The translations under genes and the position numbers were made by a program. DNA of 63,293 nucleotides, filler included, from Octopus bimaculoides (taxonomy: Eukaryota), in the NCBI RefSeq assembly GCF_001194135.2. It is 8 parts of 7 records of this genome, joined end to end, with 100 filler letters (N's around TTAATTAATTAA, not from the genome) between each part and the next. Parts side by side here need not be neighbours in the genome. Positions count along the whole stretch, not along the records: positions 48,967 to 55,799 come from NW_026426784.1; positions 55,900 to 60,721 come from NC_068989.1; positions 60,822 to 63,293 come from NW_026302665.1; 5 more parts are not named here. The stretch is one strand, 5' to 3'. Of the stretch, positions 49,221-60,914 are shown piece by piece (the stretch's first letter is position 1; each line of letters starts with the position of its first letter). The notes under the pieces were generated by a model. The model was given only the letters and a program-made list of their open reading frames with translations, had not been told where the DNA came from and made no database searches.

Positions 49221-51562
49221 TGTAGTGACGCCTTTACAGCAGACGACATTTCCGGAGTTTATCCACGCATGCGCAGGGACTAGTTCTGGAAGGAATACAG
49301 GAAGAGTCTCATGCGCATGCGTAGTCATCGATATCCAAGCTTCATGCGGATTTTCATCCACTTTCTCGCTGGCCAACGAAGGGCCTGGACGTTGTAGCAG
49401 CCTCTCTCCAACATTCCAACTCTGGAGCTAGACAAATAACCACTCAACATCATTGACGGCGTCTCAGTAACCACAGGGCGAAGTGCTGCCGAATTCTATT
49501 GTAATAAATATTGTTGTGTTGATAGTTCAGAATCTGCGTTCCGTTGTTTCTTCAAGAAGTTAATGTACGGAAGCGGAGTAGACCTAATGGTGTATAACCA
49601 CTTCCCTACAATTGGTGACCCCGAATAAAGAACAACTGCAGCCGGGAAATTCTGATCTGCCGACCAATAATACTACAATTGGTACCCCGAGCTAAGAGAT
49701 CTACAGACCTCGTTTCAACAGCCATTGAATTCGTATGTTTCGCGACGTTCAACTTCAGGATTGCCTCTACATTCTCGCCCATCATAATTGAAAAGCTAAA
49801 TAAAATTTTCCTACGTTAAAGCTTTTCATTTTGTCAATGACTTCCAGAGCCTATAACCAAAGACTTCTTTGCGGCTGAGACCTTTGTGGTTTTTCACACA
49901 AAAAACTTCACGGTTATTTCATCCTAACAACTTTTTGAGCAGTCTCCTACATGTTTCATGGAACGTCAATTCATTCTTATACAGCGTCCTCTACTTGCTG
50001 AAAATAGCAGTAAAATGCACAGTTACATTTCAGTGAGTACATAACATTTCTTGATGCTTACTTGTTCCCAGTTCAGCATTTTTCGTCACCTTTCCGTTTC
50101 TCTCGGCCGGAGAATGGAAGAGTTTTGGCTTATCTTCATTTGCACGGGATCTTTTGGTCATTTTCGCTCGCAGCTTCGAATTCATGGCAGCATTTTCAAG
50201 CAATGCCACTCAACGGTACTTCTCAAGATTCTGTCTCCTGATACGCACCACCAGCTACCATCCCGCTTCTGATGGGATGGTTGAGAGATTTCATAGGCAA
50301 CTTAAGTCTGCCTTACACGCCTCGCTCAAATCCGCAGCCTTGGGTTGAATTTCTTCAAGATCCACGCTAATGGTCGTACAGAGATTGTGTCTGTCGACCG
50401 TCTGAAAAAGCGTACCTTGACAAACCCTCAACTTCCGTGTACAACGTGCCCGTTTTTCAAACACCGCACACACCACTGTCAACATCATTACCACCACACA
50501 CCAACCAACCAGCCAGTTCCAGCGACGACATCAACAGCATCGTTCAACTACGTACTACCAGCATCGTCGCCAGCGTCAATATGACTTCTATACATACACA
50601 AACAACCAACATCAACAAGCGCGGTTTTATCTCGATCGTATTAGAGTGAATGTTTCCACTCACGATCAACAGACCAGAACTAACCAGCCAGAATATTCCG
50701 TACCAGGTAACACAGGTCCCAGCATCCGACGCTCAACTACAGCTCTGCTCCTTGACCGCAACTTCCTGCGTATGAACATTCTAAATCTCCTTGTGTAACT
50801 TTTATACGAACTGGTTTTCTCTATCTCAGTGTTTTAAGACTTTTTTCACAGTCTATGTTACAGACCCTTTTACTATGTTCTGTATTTTCTCTCACACACA
50901 CACTTGTGCACTCATATATTTTCTTTCCTTTCAGGATAAAACAAAAAAATCAGACTTTTACATCGCGTGATTCCAGTTTCCTGGACAGTTGTCATCACGG
51001 TTGTTTTGTCATTGTCAATTCATTTGTACATTGCATGCATGTATCTCACAAGTGTACATCATTTCTTTGTGTGTATTTGTGCCACATCTTGTGGGTGGTT
51101 TCGGTAGCCATCTTACCTCAGGTGCCACTCCAATTTTCTATTTTCGTGCTTGCGGCACTCGAGGAGGAGCCATGTAGTGACGCCTTTACAGCAGACGACA
51201 TTTCCGGAGTTTATCCACGCATGCACAGGGACTAGTTCCGGAAGGAATACAGGAAGAGTCTCATCCGCATGCGTAGTCATCGATATCCAAGCTTCGCGCG
51301 GATTTTCATCCTCTTTCTCGCTGGCCGACGAAGGACCTGGACGTCGTAGCAGCTTCTCTCCAACATTCCAACTCTGGAGCTACACAAATAACCACGCAAC
51401 ATCATTGACGGCGTCTCAGTAACCAAAGGGCGAAGTGCTGCCGAATTCTATTGTAATAAATATTGTTGTGTTGATAGTTCAGAATCTGCGTTCCGTTGTT
51501 TCTTCAAGAAGTTAATGTACGGAAGCGGAGTAGACCTAATGGTGTATAACCACTTCCCTACA
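49221..51562 (+). mobile_element. Complete non-autonomous Gypsy-type LTR retrotransposon (internally deleted)
   Basis: 390-bp LTRs at 49221-49610 and 51173-51562 with TGTAG...CTACA termini; 4-bp TSD GTCT (49217-49220 and 51563-51566); PBS TGGTGACCCCGA at 49613-49624; purine tract gaggaggag before the 3' LTR; only integrase remnants inside (RTTSYHPASDGMVERFHRQLK, EIVSVDRLK at 50240-50420). Confidence 0.92.
49613..49624 (+). other. Primer-binding site, complementary to the tRNA-Trp 3' end
   Basis: TGGTGACCCCGA lies 2 nt after the LTR. The eukaryotic tRNA-Trp 3' end ...UCGGGGUCACCA is from memory. Confidence 0.75.
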
Positions 51563-52664
51563 GTCTAATAGCCCTGTCAACCACATTGTTCCACCACCAC
51601 GCTACTTTGGGTTGAGAGGGGACTTTTCACCATCCACAGATCTGGTCAATGGCTTTCAGGAGGTTGTCCCGTAGAAACCTCCAATTCTCTTCCATATTAT
51701 GTGATCCTATATCCCCTTTTATTTCGTCGAAGACTTCGAGTAACACATCTCTAAATCTCTGTGCCATTTGCAGGATCTNNNNNNNNNNTCCAGCTAGTAC
51801 TACTCATCCAGTACTTTCCAGCCAGTACTTAGGATAGCTGGTCTCTCTGTTGAGTCGACATTTGGCAGACTCTCTTTCTCCCATTCATTCTCTTTATTAA
51901 GCAACCTTTCATAGTGGTGTCTCCAAACCTCTCTCTTTGCTGCCTCGTTTAGTGCAAGTGAGTCATCAAATGCGGACACATTTCTCTCCTACGACAAGTC
52001 TTTGGTTCTCACGGCGCAGAACATTGGCAAATTTTTTCTTATTTGCTTCCCCTCTGGCTAAATAAACCTGTCGCCTAGCTTCCCTTCTGGCAGTCTAATA
52101 CAATTCCCTGCTACCTCCGTTCTTCCAGTCCTTCCAAGCCTGTTTCTTTTGTCTAATAGCCCTGTCAACCACATTGTTCCACCACCACGTTACTTTGGGT
52201 CAAGAGGGGACTTTGCACCATCCACAGATCTGGTCAATGGCTTTCAGCAGGTTGTCCCGTAGAAACCTCCAATTGTCTTCCATATTATGTGATCCTATAT
52301 CCCCTTCTATTTTGTTGAAGACTTCGAGTAACACATCTCTAAATCTCTGTGCCATTTGCAGGATCTTTAAGCTTCCAGACCCTTCTCTTCCAAGCTGGTC
52401 TCCTTCTGGACATCCATTTAGCCATGATATCGAAGTCGCTAACTGCTAATCTGTGTTGAGGAGTACATTCTTCACCTTGGAAGGTTTTGGCATTTATAAG
52501 CAGTCCTCTTTCCCTTTTTCTGGTGAGGATGTAGTCAATTTGGCTAGTGTGTCTGCCAGAACGGTAGGTGACTAGGTGACAGGCAGGTTTCCTGAAGTTG
52601 GTATTGCAAACCATAAGATCATTTACATCACAGAACTCCAGCAGTCTGGTTCCCTCCTCCAAGA

Positions 52665-53109
52665 AGTAAGGTGGAGAGGAGGTTCGCTAGGTTCCTCACA
52701 GGCAAAGAACACAGATACAAGATTTTCTGGGCAGGGAACACTGACGGGGTCAGGGGCGTGGGTATATTTCTTGCGGAGAAATGGGTTGATAAGGTAATTG
52801 AGGTAGTCAGAGTATGTGACAGAGTATTTAAGATTAGATTAGTGCTTCACCATAGGTTAGCTACCGTCATCTCGGCCTATGCCCCTCAACTGGGGCTACC
52901 TGATGGACAGAAAGACCAATTTTATGACACCCTTTTGCAGACTACCTCATTGATGAATGACAGGGATCTTCTCTTTGTGGCTGGTGATTTCAATGGACAT
53001 GTTGGACAACATGCAAGGGGCTTCCATGGCATACATGGAGGCTCTGGCTTTGGTTCCTGCAATGAGAAGGGAACCAGACTACTGGAGCTCTGTGATGCAA
53101 ATGATCTTA

Positions 53110-53112
<3 letters not shown>
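52665..53112 (+). mobile_element. RTE LINE APE endonuclease N-terminal segment, inverted relative to the adjacent copy
   Basis: ORF 52671-53174 reads GVGIFLAEKW...VISAYAPQ.GL...KDQFY...VAGDFNGHVG...GTRLLELCDANDLM. Confidence 0.88.
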
Positions 53113-53160
<48 letters not shown>

Positions 53161-53252
53161 TTAACAAAAATTAGTTCAGGGAAGATGTTTATAAAAAATG
53201 TATAGCATCATGAAGACTAGGTGCTAAGTCAAAATTCAATATAGTTACTTAC

Positions 53253-53427
53253 CTTACCAAGCTGGCCATCGGACCAATATAAAATCGGGTCATTTGGATC
53301 TTTTGTGAGGAAACCTGGTGTTTGCATATTATCCTTAACAAGTATCTGTGGGTCAGAACCATCCATTTTAACAGCACCAATTTTAACAGGAATATCGTAA
53401 CTTCCTTTGTCTGTCCAGTAAAGTAAT
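53253..53427 (-). CDS. LRP2: Exon of the LRP2-like receptor containing a literal YWTD motif
   Basis: Acceptor ttttttcctttcttcttag| and donor AAG|gtaagt. 175 nt reading (G)LLYWTDKGSYDIPVKIGAVKMDGSDPQILVKDNMQTPGFLTKDPNDPILYWSDGQLGK. Confidence 0.9.
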
Positions 53428-53844
53428 CTAAGAAGAAAGGAAAAAAGAGACTCATATATTTGTGTTTGGCTCTGACCACCACCACCACCATCATTTAACC
53501 ATTGCTTTCCATGCTGGTCTGGGTTGGAACGGTTTGACAGGAACTAAGCAAAGCCAAGAGCTGTATCAGGTTCCATTGTCTGCTTTGGCATGCTTTCTAC
53601 AGCTGGATGCCCTTCCTCATGCCAACCACACTACAGAGTGTACTGGGTGCACTGACAAACCTCCGTCAGCTGGGAGGGGGAGGAGTATTGAAGGAGATGG
53701 CTTTGAGTCAGGTGATGAGGGGTAGGAAGTATGGAGGGATAGAGAGAAGTATCTTGCCATAGGGGAGACACACGGCAACCCCAGTAGGAAAAGAAAAGAA
53801 AGGAAAGGAGAGTGAGTTAGACATTGAATAAATACTGGTTTCAA

Positions 53845-54045
53845 ATTTTGGCACAAGGCCAGCAATTTTGGGGAGGGGGTGAGATGATGAAATCGACCCC
53901 AGTACATGACTGGCACCTATTTTAGGAACCTCCAAAAGAACGAAAGGCAAAGTCGACCTCGGCAAAATTTGAACTCAGAACGTAAAGGCAGATGAAATGC
54001 TGGAAAGCATTTTGCTTGGAATGCTAACGATTCTGCCAGCTTTCC
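53845..54045 (+). mobile_element. Interspersed SINE-like repeat (ggcacaaggccagcaattttggg family)
   Basis: Homologous pieces at 8830-8930, 16270-16460, 38040-38170 and 38300-38460. Confidence 0.6.
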
Positions 54046-54103
54046 ATCTTACACTGAATAAATATGAGAAGAATGCAATTAGAAGAATAAAAATCTCACA
54101 AAC

Positions 54104-54357
54104 CCTTTGCTTGGATCCAGGCAGAGAGATGTTGGAAAGGAAACATCTGTTTGTTTCCCGGAGTTTCCTAAAATAATTTTGTGAATAGTAAAGTTACTAT
54201 TCATCTTCATAACATGTATGCTCTTCGAATCTGTGCTGCTCCAGAACAAATTCCTTGAAATCCAATCAATTGCAAGTGAATTTGGTTTGCCTAAAAATAG
54301 TTCTGCTGGCCAAGAGGTCTTGTTTAGACCACTTGTTGTGATCTGAGTAATTGTTTG
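54104..54357 (-). CDS. LRP2: Exon of the LRP2-like receptor (YWTD repeats)
   Basis: Acceptor ttttctctgcag| in phase 0. Reads QTITQITTSGLNKTSWPAELFLGKPNSLAIDWISRNLFWSSTDSKSIHVMKMNSNFTIHKIILGNSGKQTDVSFPTSLCLDPSK(G), which aligns with the megalin LALDWISRNLY...GFPIGITVDPARG region. The phase-2 donor GG|gtttgt was chosen because the next exon starts in phase 2. Confidence 0.88.
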
Positions 54358-54552
54358 CTGCAGAGAAAATAATAATTTAGGTTAAAATCATAAAAATGTA
54401 AATAGCATTGTTGTAAACTTAGGAAATTTCCACAAAATATTTCAAACCCTGTTCATAATATACTGCAAAGACATTTATACTTAGATTAAGTGGCCGATGC
54501 CAGTGGCACATGAAAAGCTTCTTTCAAGTTTTGGGCCTCACGCAGGCAAGGG

Positions 54553-54860
54553 AGGCGCAATGGCCCAGTGGTTAGGGCAGCAAACTCGCGGTCGGAGGAT
54601 TGCGGTTTCGATTCTCAGACCGGACATTGTGTGTGTTTATTGAGCGAAAACACCTAAAAGTTCCACGAGGCTCTCGCAGGGGGTGGTGGTGACCCCTGTT
54701 GTACTCTTTCGCCCCAACTTTCTCTCGCTCTTTCTTCCTGTCTCTTGAGTAATGCTGCAATGGACTGCCGTCCCGTCCACCTGGGGGGGGGGGACACATA
54801 CGCCATAGAAACTGGCAAACCTGGCCCATGAGCCTAGCTAGGCTTTAAAAGGGCGCAAAA
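54553..54860 (+). mobile_element. Second tRNA-derived SINE family
   Basis: ggcgcaatggcccagtggttag...ggtttcgattc...aaaagggcgca. Related copies at 15580-15830(+), 17070-17358(-), 29723-29910(-) and 37100-37405(-). Confidence 0.75.
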
Positions 54861-54879
54861 ATAAAAAAATAAAATATGC

Positions 54880-54923
<44 letters not shown>

Positions 54924-55527
54924 AAACACACACATATATATTTATGGCGTGTGTGAGTCTTTGTGTCTGTGTTTGTCCCCTACCATCACTTGATAACTGA
55001 TGTTGGTGTGTTGACATCTCTATAACTTAGCAGTTCAGCAAAAGAAACTGATAGAATAAGTACTAGGCTTACAAAAAAATAAGTCCTGGGATTAATTTCT
55101 TCAACTAAAATCCCTTAAGATGGTGCTCTAGCATGGCCGCATTCAAATGACTGAAACCTGTTAAAGAATAAAAGAATACACTTTGCAACCAATGTTGGTT
55201 TGTTTACATCCCCATAATTTAGTGGTTCAGTAAAATCGATTGAGTGAATAATTACCAGGCTTATTAAAAAAAAAGCCCTTGGTTAAATTTGATCAACTAA
55301 ACCCTCCAACGGAGTGCTCCAGCATGGCCACAGTCAGGTACTGAAATAAGTAAGAGATAAATTATATGTGTGTTTGTACTGCCCAGTATGTAGCAACAGA
55401 TGTTGGTTTGTTTAAGCCCCTATAACTTAGTAGTTCAACAAAAGAGACTGATAGCCAGTGTGGCCATAGATTTATGTCTAAAACCAATAAAATATAAAAT
55501 TAAAAATTATCATTGAAAAAAACTTAC

Positions 55528-55706
55528 TTGCGATGAACGTTCTGAAATGTAATATACATAATTAGTTTTACGGTTGTAATCAAAATCTAGCAAAGCTTTT
55601 CTCCGATCAAATATTGCCATGAAAGAGCTGCTTCTTGGGGCTGAATTTTGTAAATCAATATCTTTAATCCTATCTCGAAAGGCATAGAGCAAGTATTCGT
55701 CTTGAG
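55528..55706 (-). CDS. LRP2: Exon of an LRP2/megalin-like LDL-receptor-family protein (entry into a YWTD beta-propeller)
   Basis: Acceptor ttttctttgcag| and donor |gtaagt. 179 nt, preceded by a phase-1 intron as is typical after an EGF module. Reads QDEYLLYAFRDRIKDIDLQNSAPRSSSFMAIFDRRKALLDFDYNRKTNYVYYISERSSQ. Family assignment is firm; LRP2 versus other LRPs rests on remembered similarity. Confidence 0.82.
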
Positions 55707-55899
55707 CTGCAAAGAAAATTTGAACTCATATCAATAGAGTGAATTTCATCTCACTATAAATATGGTAAATACAGTGACACAAAAGCAAACACACACACAN
55801 NNNNNNNNNNNNNNNNNNNNNNNNNNNNNNNNNNNNNNNNNNNTTAATTAATTAANNNNNNNNNNNNNNNNNNNNNNNNNNNNNNNNNNNNNNNNNNNN

Positions 55900-55936
<37 letters not shown>

Positions 55937-56210
55937 TGCACACGCACACATACATATGTATGTGTTTGTTGTGCTTCTTCTACGTATTAACGAGTGGGTT
56001 TGGAAAATAATATGAAAATATTTTACATCTGACAGCTTCCACTTGGTATGTGACGAATATACACGCGTATTTATTTGTATATACATGTAGGAGTATATGA
56101 GGTATAGCTACATTCATATGTCAGCGACTGTGTATACATACATACTTACATATTTACATATGTGCGTGTGCATATATATATATATACATACATATACATA
56201 CATACATACA

Positions 56211-56282
<72 letters not shown>

Positions 56283-56702
56283 AAAGTATATATTTATGTG
56301 CTTAAGTCCTCATTAAATTCTATATTTCTCACTATATACGTATATGTGTGTGTATGTTTGTATGTGTGTATAGAACACACAATGCGTGCGCACACGCACA
56401 CATGCTCACACACACTCACACACACAGAGGCGCGCGCGCACACGCGCACACCTCTTCCTCCCTTCCTTTCTCTCTCTCTCTCTCTGCAACGAGTACGTCG
56501 AGCCAGTGAGATTCAAATTTCACGATTACCATATATAGTTGGCCAACCTCTTCACACACACACAACTGTCTTGGAGAGACAATGAGAGATGCTGAGAGAA
56601 GATGGGGCGCGTGCTTCAAGGGATGGTGGCAGGGGTCGACGAGATAGGAACATTTTCTGGCATGGGGAAGGTGTTGCGGTGATGCTGGTGCTGGTAGTGG
56701 CG

Positions 56703-56754
<52 letters not shown>

Positions 56755-56900
56755 TGATATAGGTTTGGCGGTGGAAGCAGAGTGATCAACAGGCTTGATG
56801 TTGTTATTGTTCAGGCCCTGGATCAGCGCTTAATAAAACGACGGTCCAGCTATGACAGTCCTGTATTTTATCCAAACTATCTATCTATCTATCTATTTAT

Positions 56901-56970
<70 letters not shown>

Positions 56971-57879
56971 NNNNNNNNNNNNNNNNNNNNNNNNNNNNNN
57001 NNNNNNNNNNNNNNNNNNNNNNNNNNNNNNNNNNNNNNNNNNNNNNNNNNNNNNNNNNNNNNNNNNNNNNNNNNNNNNNNNNNNNNNNNNNNNNNNNNNN
57101 NNNNNNNNNNNNNNNNNNNNNNNNNNNNNNNNNNNNNNNNNNNNNNNNNNNNNNNNNNNNNNNNNNNNNNNNNNNNNNNNNNNNNNNNNNNNNNNNNNNN
57201 NNNNNNNNNNNNNNNNNNNNNNNNNNNNNNNNNNNNNNNNNNNNNNNNNNNNNNNNNNNNNNNNNNNNNNNNNNNNNNNNNNNNNNNNNNNNNNNNNNNN
57301 NNNNNNNNNNNNNNNNNNNNNNNNNNNNNNNNNNNNNNNNNNNNNNNNNNNNNNNNNNNNNNNNNNNNNNNNNNNNNNNNNNNNNNNNNNNNNNNNNNNN
57401 NNNNNNNNNNNNNNNNNNNNNNNNNNNNNNNNNNNNNNNNNNNNNNNNNNNNNNNNNNNNNNNNNNNNNNNNNNNNNNNNNNNNNNNNNNNNNNNNNNNN
57501 NNNNNNNNNNNNNNNNNNNNNNNNNNNNNNNNNNNNNNNNNNNNNNNNNNNNNNNNNNNNNNNNNNNNNNNNNNNNNNNNNNNNNNNNNNNNNNNNNNNN
57601 NNNNNNNNNNNNNNNNNNNNNNNNNNNNNNNNNNNNNNNNNNNNNNNNNNNNNNNNNNNNNNNNNNNNNNNNNNNNATCCAGTCTCATGTATTTGAAGAG
57701 CAAAGGCAAAGAAGGCGATATTATCTTGTAACTTCTTGCTTTCTTAGAAATGATATCCGCTGAAGGGATGGCAGAACAATCGCTTGGTGGCAACTGGGAC
57801 CGTTTCCAAATGGGTTGTGGGGCCAGGTATTGACAAACCATTACAGACTGACTGGAAACAGGTGCCTTAACTCAACCGT

Positions 57880-57916
<37 letters not shown>

Positions 57917-57934
57917 ACGATACACACAACCACT

Positions 57935-57965
<31 letters not shown>

Positions 57966-58058
57966 GTGTATGTATTTCCAACCGTGTATACATAGATGTA
58001 TGTGAGCATATGTGTATGTGTGTCATATGTATGTGTATATATATACATACATACATGC

Positions 58059-58107
<49 letters not shown>

Positions 58108-58124
58108 NNNNNNNNNNNNNNNNN

Positions 58125-58201
<77 letters not shown>

Positions 58202-58363
58202 TATATACACACACACATTATATATATACTCATGCACATTTATGTATGTACGGCCGGACGCCGTTGACGCAGGTTTCATCCGTAGCCATCGTGTAGGTTT
58301 ATAAATGCCGGCCAATATTTCATTTTCCAATGGTTCATTCTCTATCTAATACTGCACCACCAG

Positions 58364-58420
<57 letters not shown>

Positions 58421-59313
58421 CATCGTCATCATCATCATCATAGTCATCGTCATCGTCATCATCATCATCATCATCACCTCAGTCTCTTCCATGATGAGAT
58501 GGTGATGACGATTACGATGTGGATGATGATAATAATGATCGTAATGCTCCTCCACCACCACCACTACCAGCAGCAGCATCATCATCATCATCATCATCAC
58601 TACAACCACCACCACCACCACCACCATTACCACCATCACCACCATCATCATTACCACCACCGCCAGCAGCAGCAGCACCACTACTCCTCTTCCTCCTCGT
58701 TCTCATTCACCACATCATCATCATCATCATCATCACCATCATCATCATCATCGTCATCATCATCATCGTCATCATCATCATCGTCATCATCATCACCATC
58801 ATCATCATCATCGTCATCATCATCCATCCATCCATCAATGGCAAGCTATTCGAATTCTGTAATGAATGAGGCTCTTAATAAGCGTTCCCAGCTATGTCAA
58901 CAACAAGAACAAGAAGAAGAAGAAGAAGAACAACAACAACAACAACAGCAGACATCCTGTGGCGAGGGTTTCTATGGAAACCCATGTGTAGGTGTTTGTT
59001 TTCAAAGACTCGAGTTTGTGTTTAGAGGAAAGAGTAATGAGTAAGGTAGGGAAGTGGGGTGGGTGCGTTTGTGTGTGTGTGTGTGTGTGTGTGTCTTATG
59101 TATGCACTTGTGTGTGTGTGTATATATGTATATATGTATATATGTGTGTACATGAGTGTGCATATATGTATGTAGGTGTGTGTGTTTATATACTTGTACA
59201 TACCTGTGTGAATATACATATATATGTATATATATGTATATATATGTCTATATGTATATATATGTATATATGCGTACATGGAAATATGCATGTGTGTAGG
59301 TGCGTTCGTGAGT

Positions 59314-59344
<31 letters not shown>

Positions 59345-59509
59345 CGTGCATATGTGTGTGTGAGCGTGTGTGAGCGCATGTGTTAAATAAATAATGAATA
59401 GCTAATTGCAAGAACGTAGAACTTCTCGGCTGATATCAATAGCACCATTCTATGCAAGAGAGAAAGAAAGAAAGAAACAGAGAGAGAGAGAGAGAGGGAG
59501 AGAGAGAGG

Positions 59510-59555
<46 letters not shown>

Positions 59556-60329
59556 GCTTACAGTTTAATTAGACATTCTGCCATAAGAAGACCAAATATG
59601 CCAATACAAACCATTCCTGTTTTTGAGTCCTAAAATCCACACTTCGGAGTCATGTGGTGTTCATTGAGGGTGGAGAAAGAGAAGACCTCGTCCAGGTTAA
59701 TGAAAATCTAGCAAAGATGGGACAATCTGTACTATTGTTTTTACCTGTTTTAGTCTTTGGACCATGGTAGCTATGCAAGGGCACCGCCTTAAAGGGCTTA
59801 GTTAAACGAATCGACTCCAGTATTTATTATTTTAAAAGATTGGATCTCACTCTATGCGGTTCTTTTTGTCGAATCGCTAAGTTATTTGGTCGTAAACAAA
59901 GCACAACCGGTTTTCAAGTGGTGGTACGATGGGACATACATACATATGTATAAATATGTGTATATATATGTATATATGTATATATNNNNNNNNNNNNNNN
60001 NNNNNNNNNNNNNNNNNNNNNNNNNNNNNNNNNNNNNNNNNNNNNNNNNNNNNNNNNNNNNNNNNNNNNNNNNNNNNNNNNNNNNNNNNNNNNNNNNNNN
60101 NNNNNNNNNNNNNNNNNNNNNNNNNNNNNNNNNNNNNNNNNNNNNNNNNNNNNNNNNNNNNNNNNNNNNNNNNNNNNNNNNNNNNNNNNNNNNNNNNNNN
60201 NNNNNNNNNNNNNNNNNNNNNNNNNNNNNNNNNNNNNNNNNNNNNNNNNNNNNNNNNNNNNNNNNNNNNNCCCTTCAAAATATGGAGCGGGGAAAAGCCT
60301 CGGTACTAAAGTAAGCAATTGGGAATTGT

Positions 60330-60676
60330 GTCCTTTTGCTATTGACTATCGACTTCTGGGTGTGCCGCCATCATGTGGGCTCCAAATGGCTAGCAGGAAC
60401 CTCCTAAAATGTAAACATTGCCCGAAAATCCCCGTTCTAGAGTTGAGGATGTTCCCTGGTTCAAGCGAGTCTTTTAGGATTCTCGTGCGTTCAGCTATGC
60501 ATAACTTGCAACGCTTCGTCCCGTTTATACAGGAACCTGGGGTCTCTAGGATTTTCCATGAGATCGAGTATGGGATCGCATCGTCTGTTAGTTGCCAGAT
60601 GTGGCTGGCCAGCGATGGTACGTATCTGAAGACGGAGGAGCTATAGTTGGAGACACGCTGCATGAACGACCTCTTC

Positions 60677-60685
<9 letters not shown>
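60330..60685 (-). mobile_element. PLE GIY-YIG C-terminal fragment
   Basis: ORF 60346-60681 reads SLASHIWQL...YSISWKIL...NGTKRCKLCIAE...LNSRT.IFGQCLH. Confidence 0.8.
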
Positions 60686-60721
<36 letters not shown>

Positions 60722-60821
60722 NNNNNNNNNNNNNNNNNNNNNNNNNNNNNNNNNNNNNNNNNNNNTTAATTAATTAANNNNNNNNNNNNNNNNNNNNNNN
60801 NNNNNNNNNNNNNNNNNNNNN

Positions 60822-60864
<43 letters not shown>

Positions 60865-60914
60865 TATTTATGTACATACATATATATACATATGATAGAT
60901 CGCTGACCACCACA

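Larger units (their letters stand above)
48967..52660 (-). mobile_element. RTE-clade LINE fragments (two similar tandem copies), one interrupted by the LTR element
   Basis: ORF 52339-52662 reads GTRLLEFC...CNTNF.K...TY.SG...SQIDYIL (APE C-terminus). 48967-49220 plus 51563-51778 duplicate 51945-52367. Confidence 0.85.
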
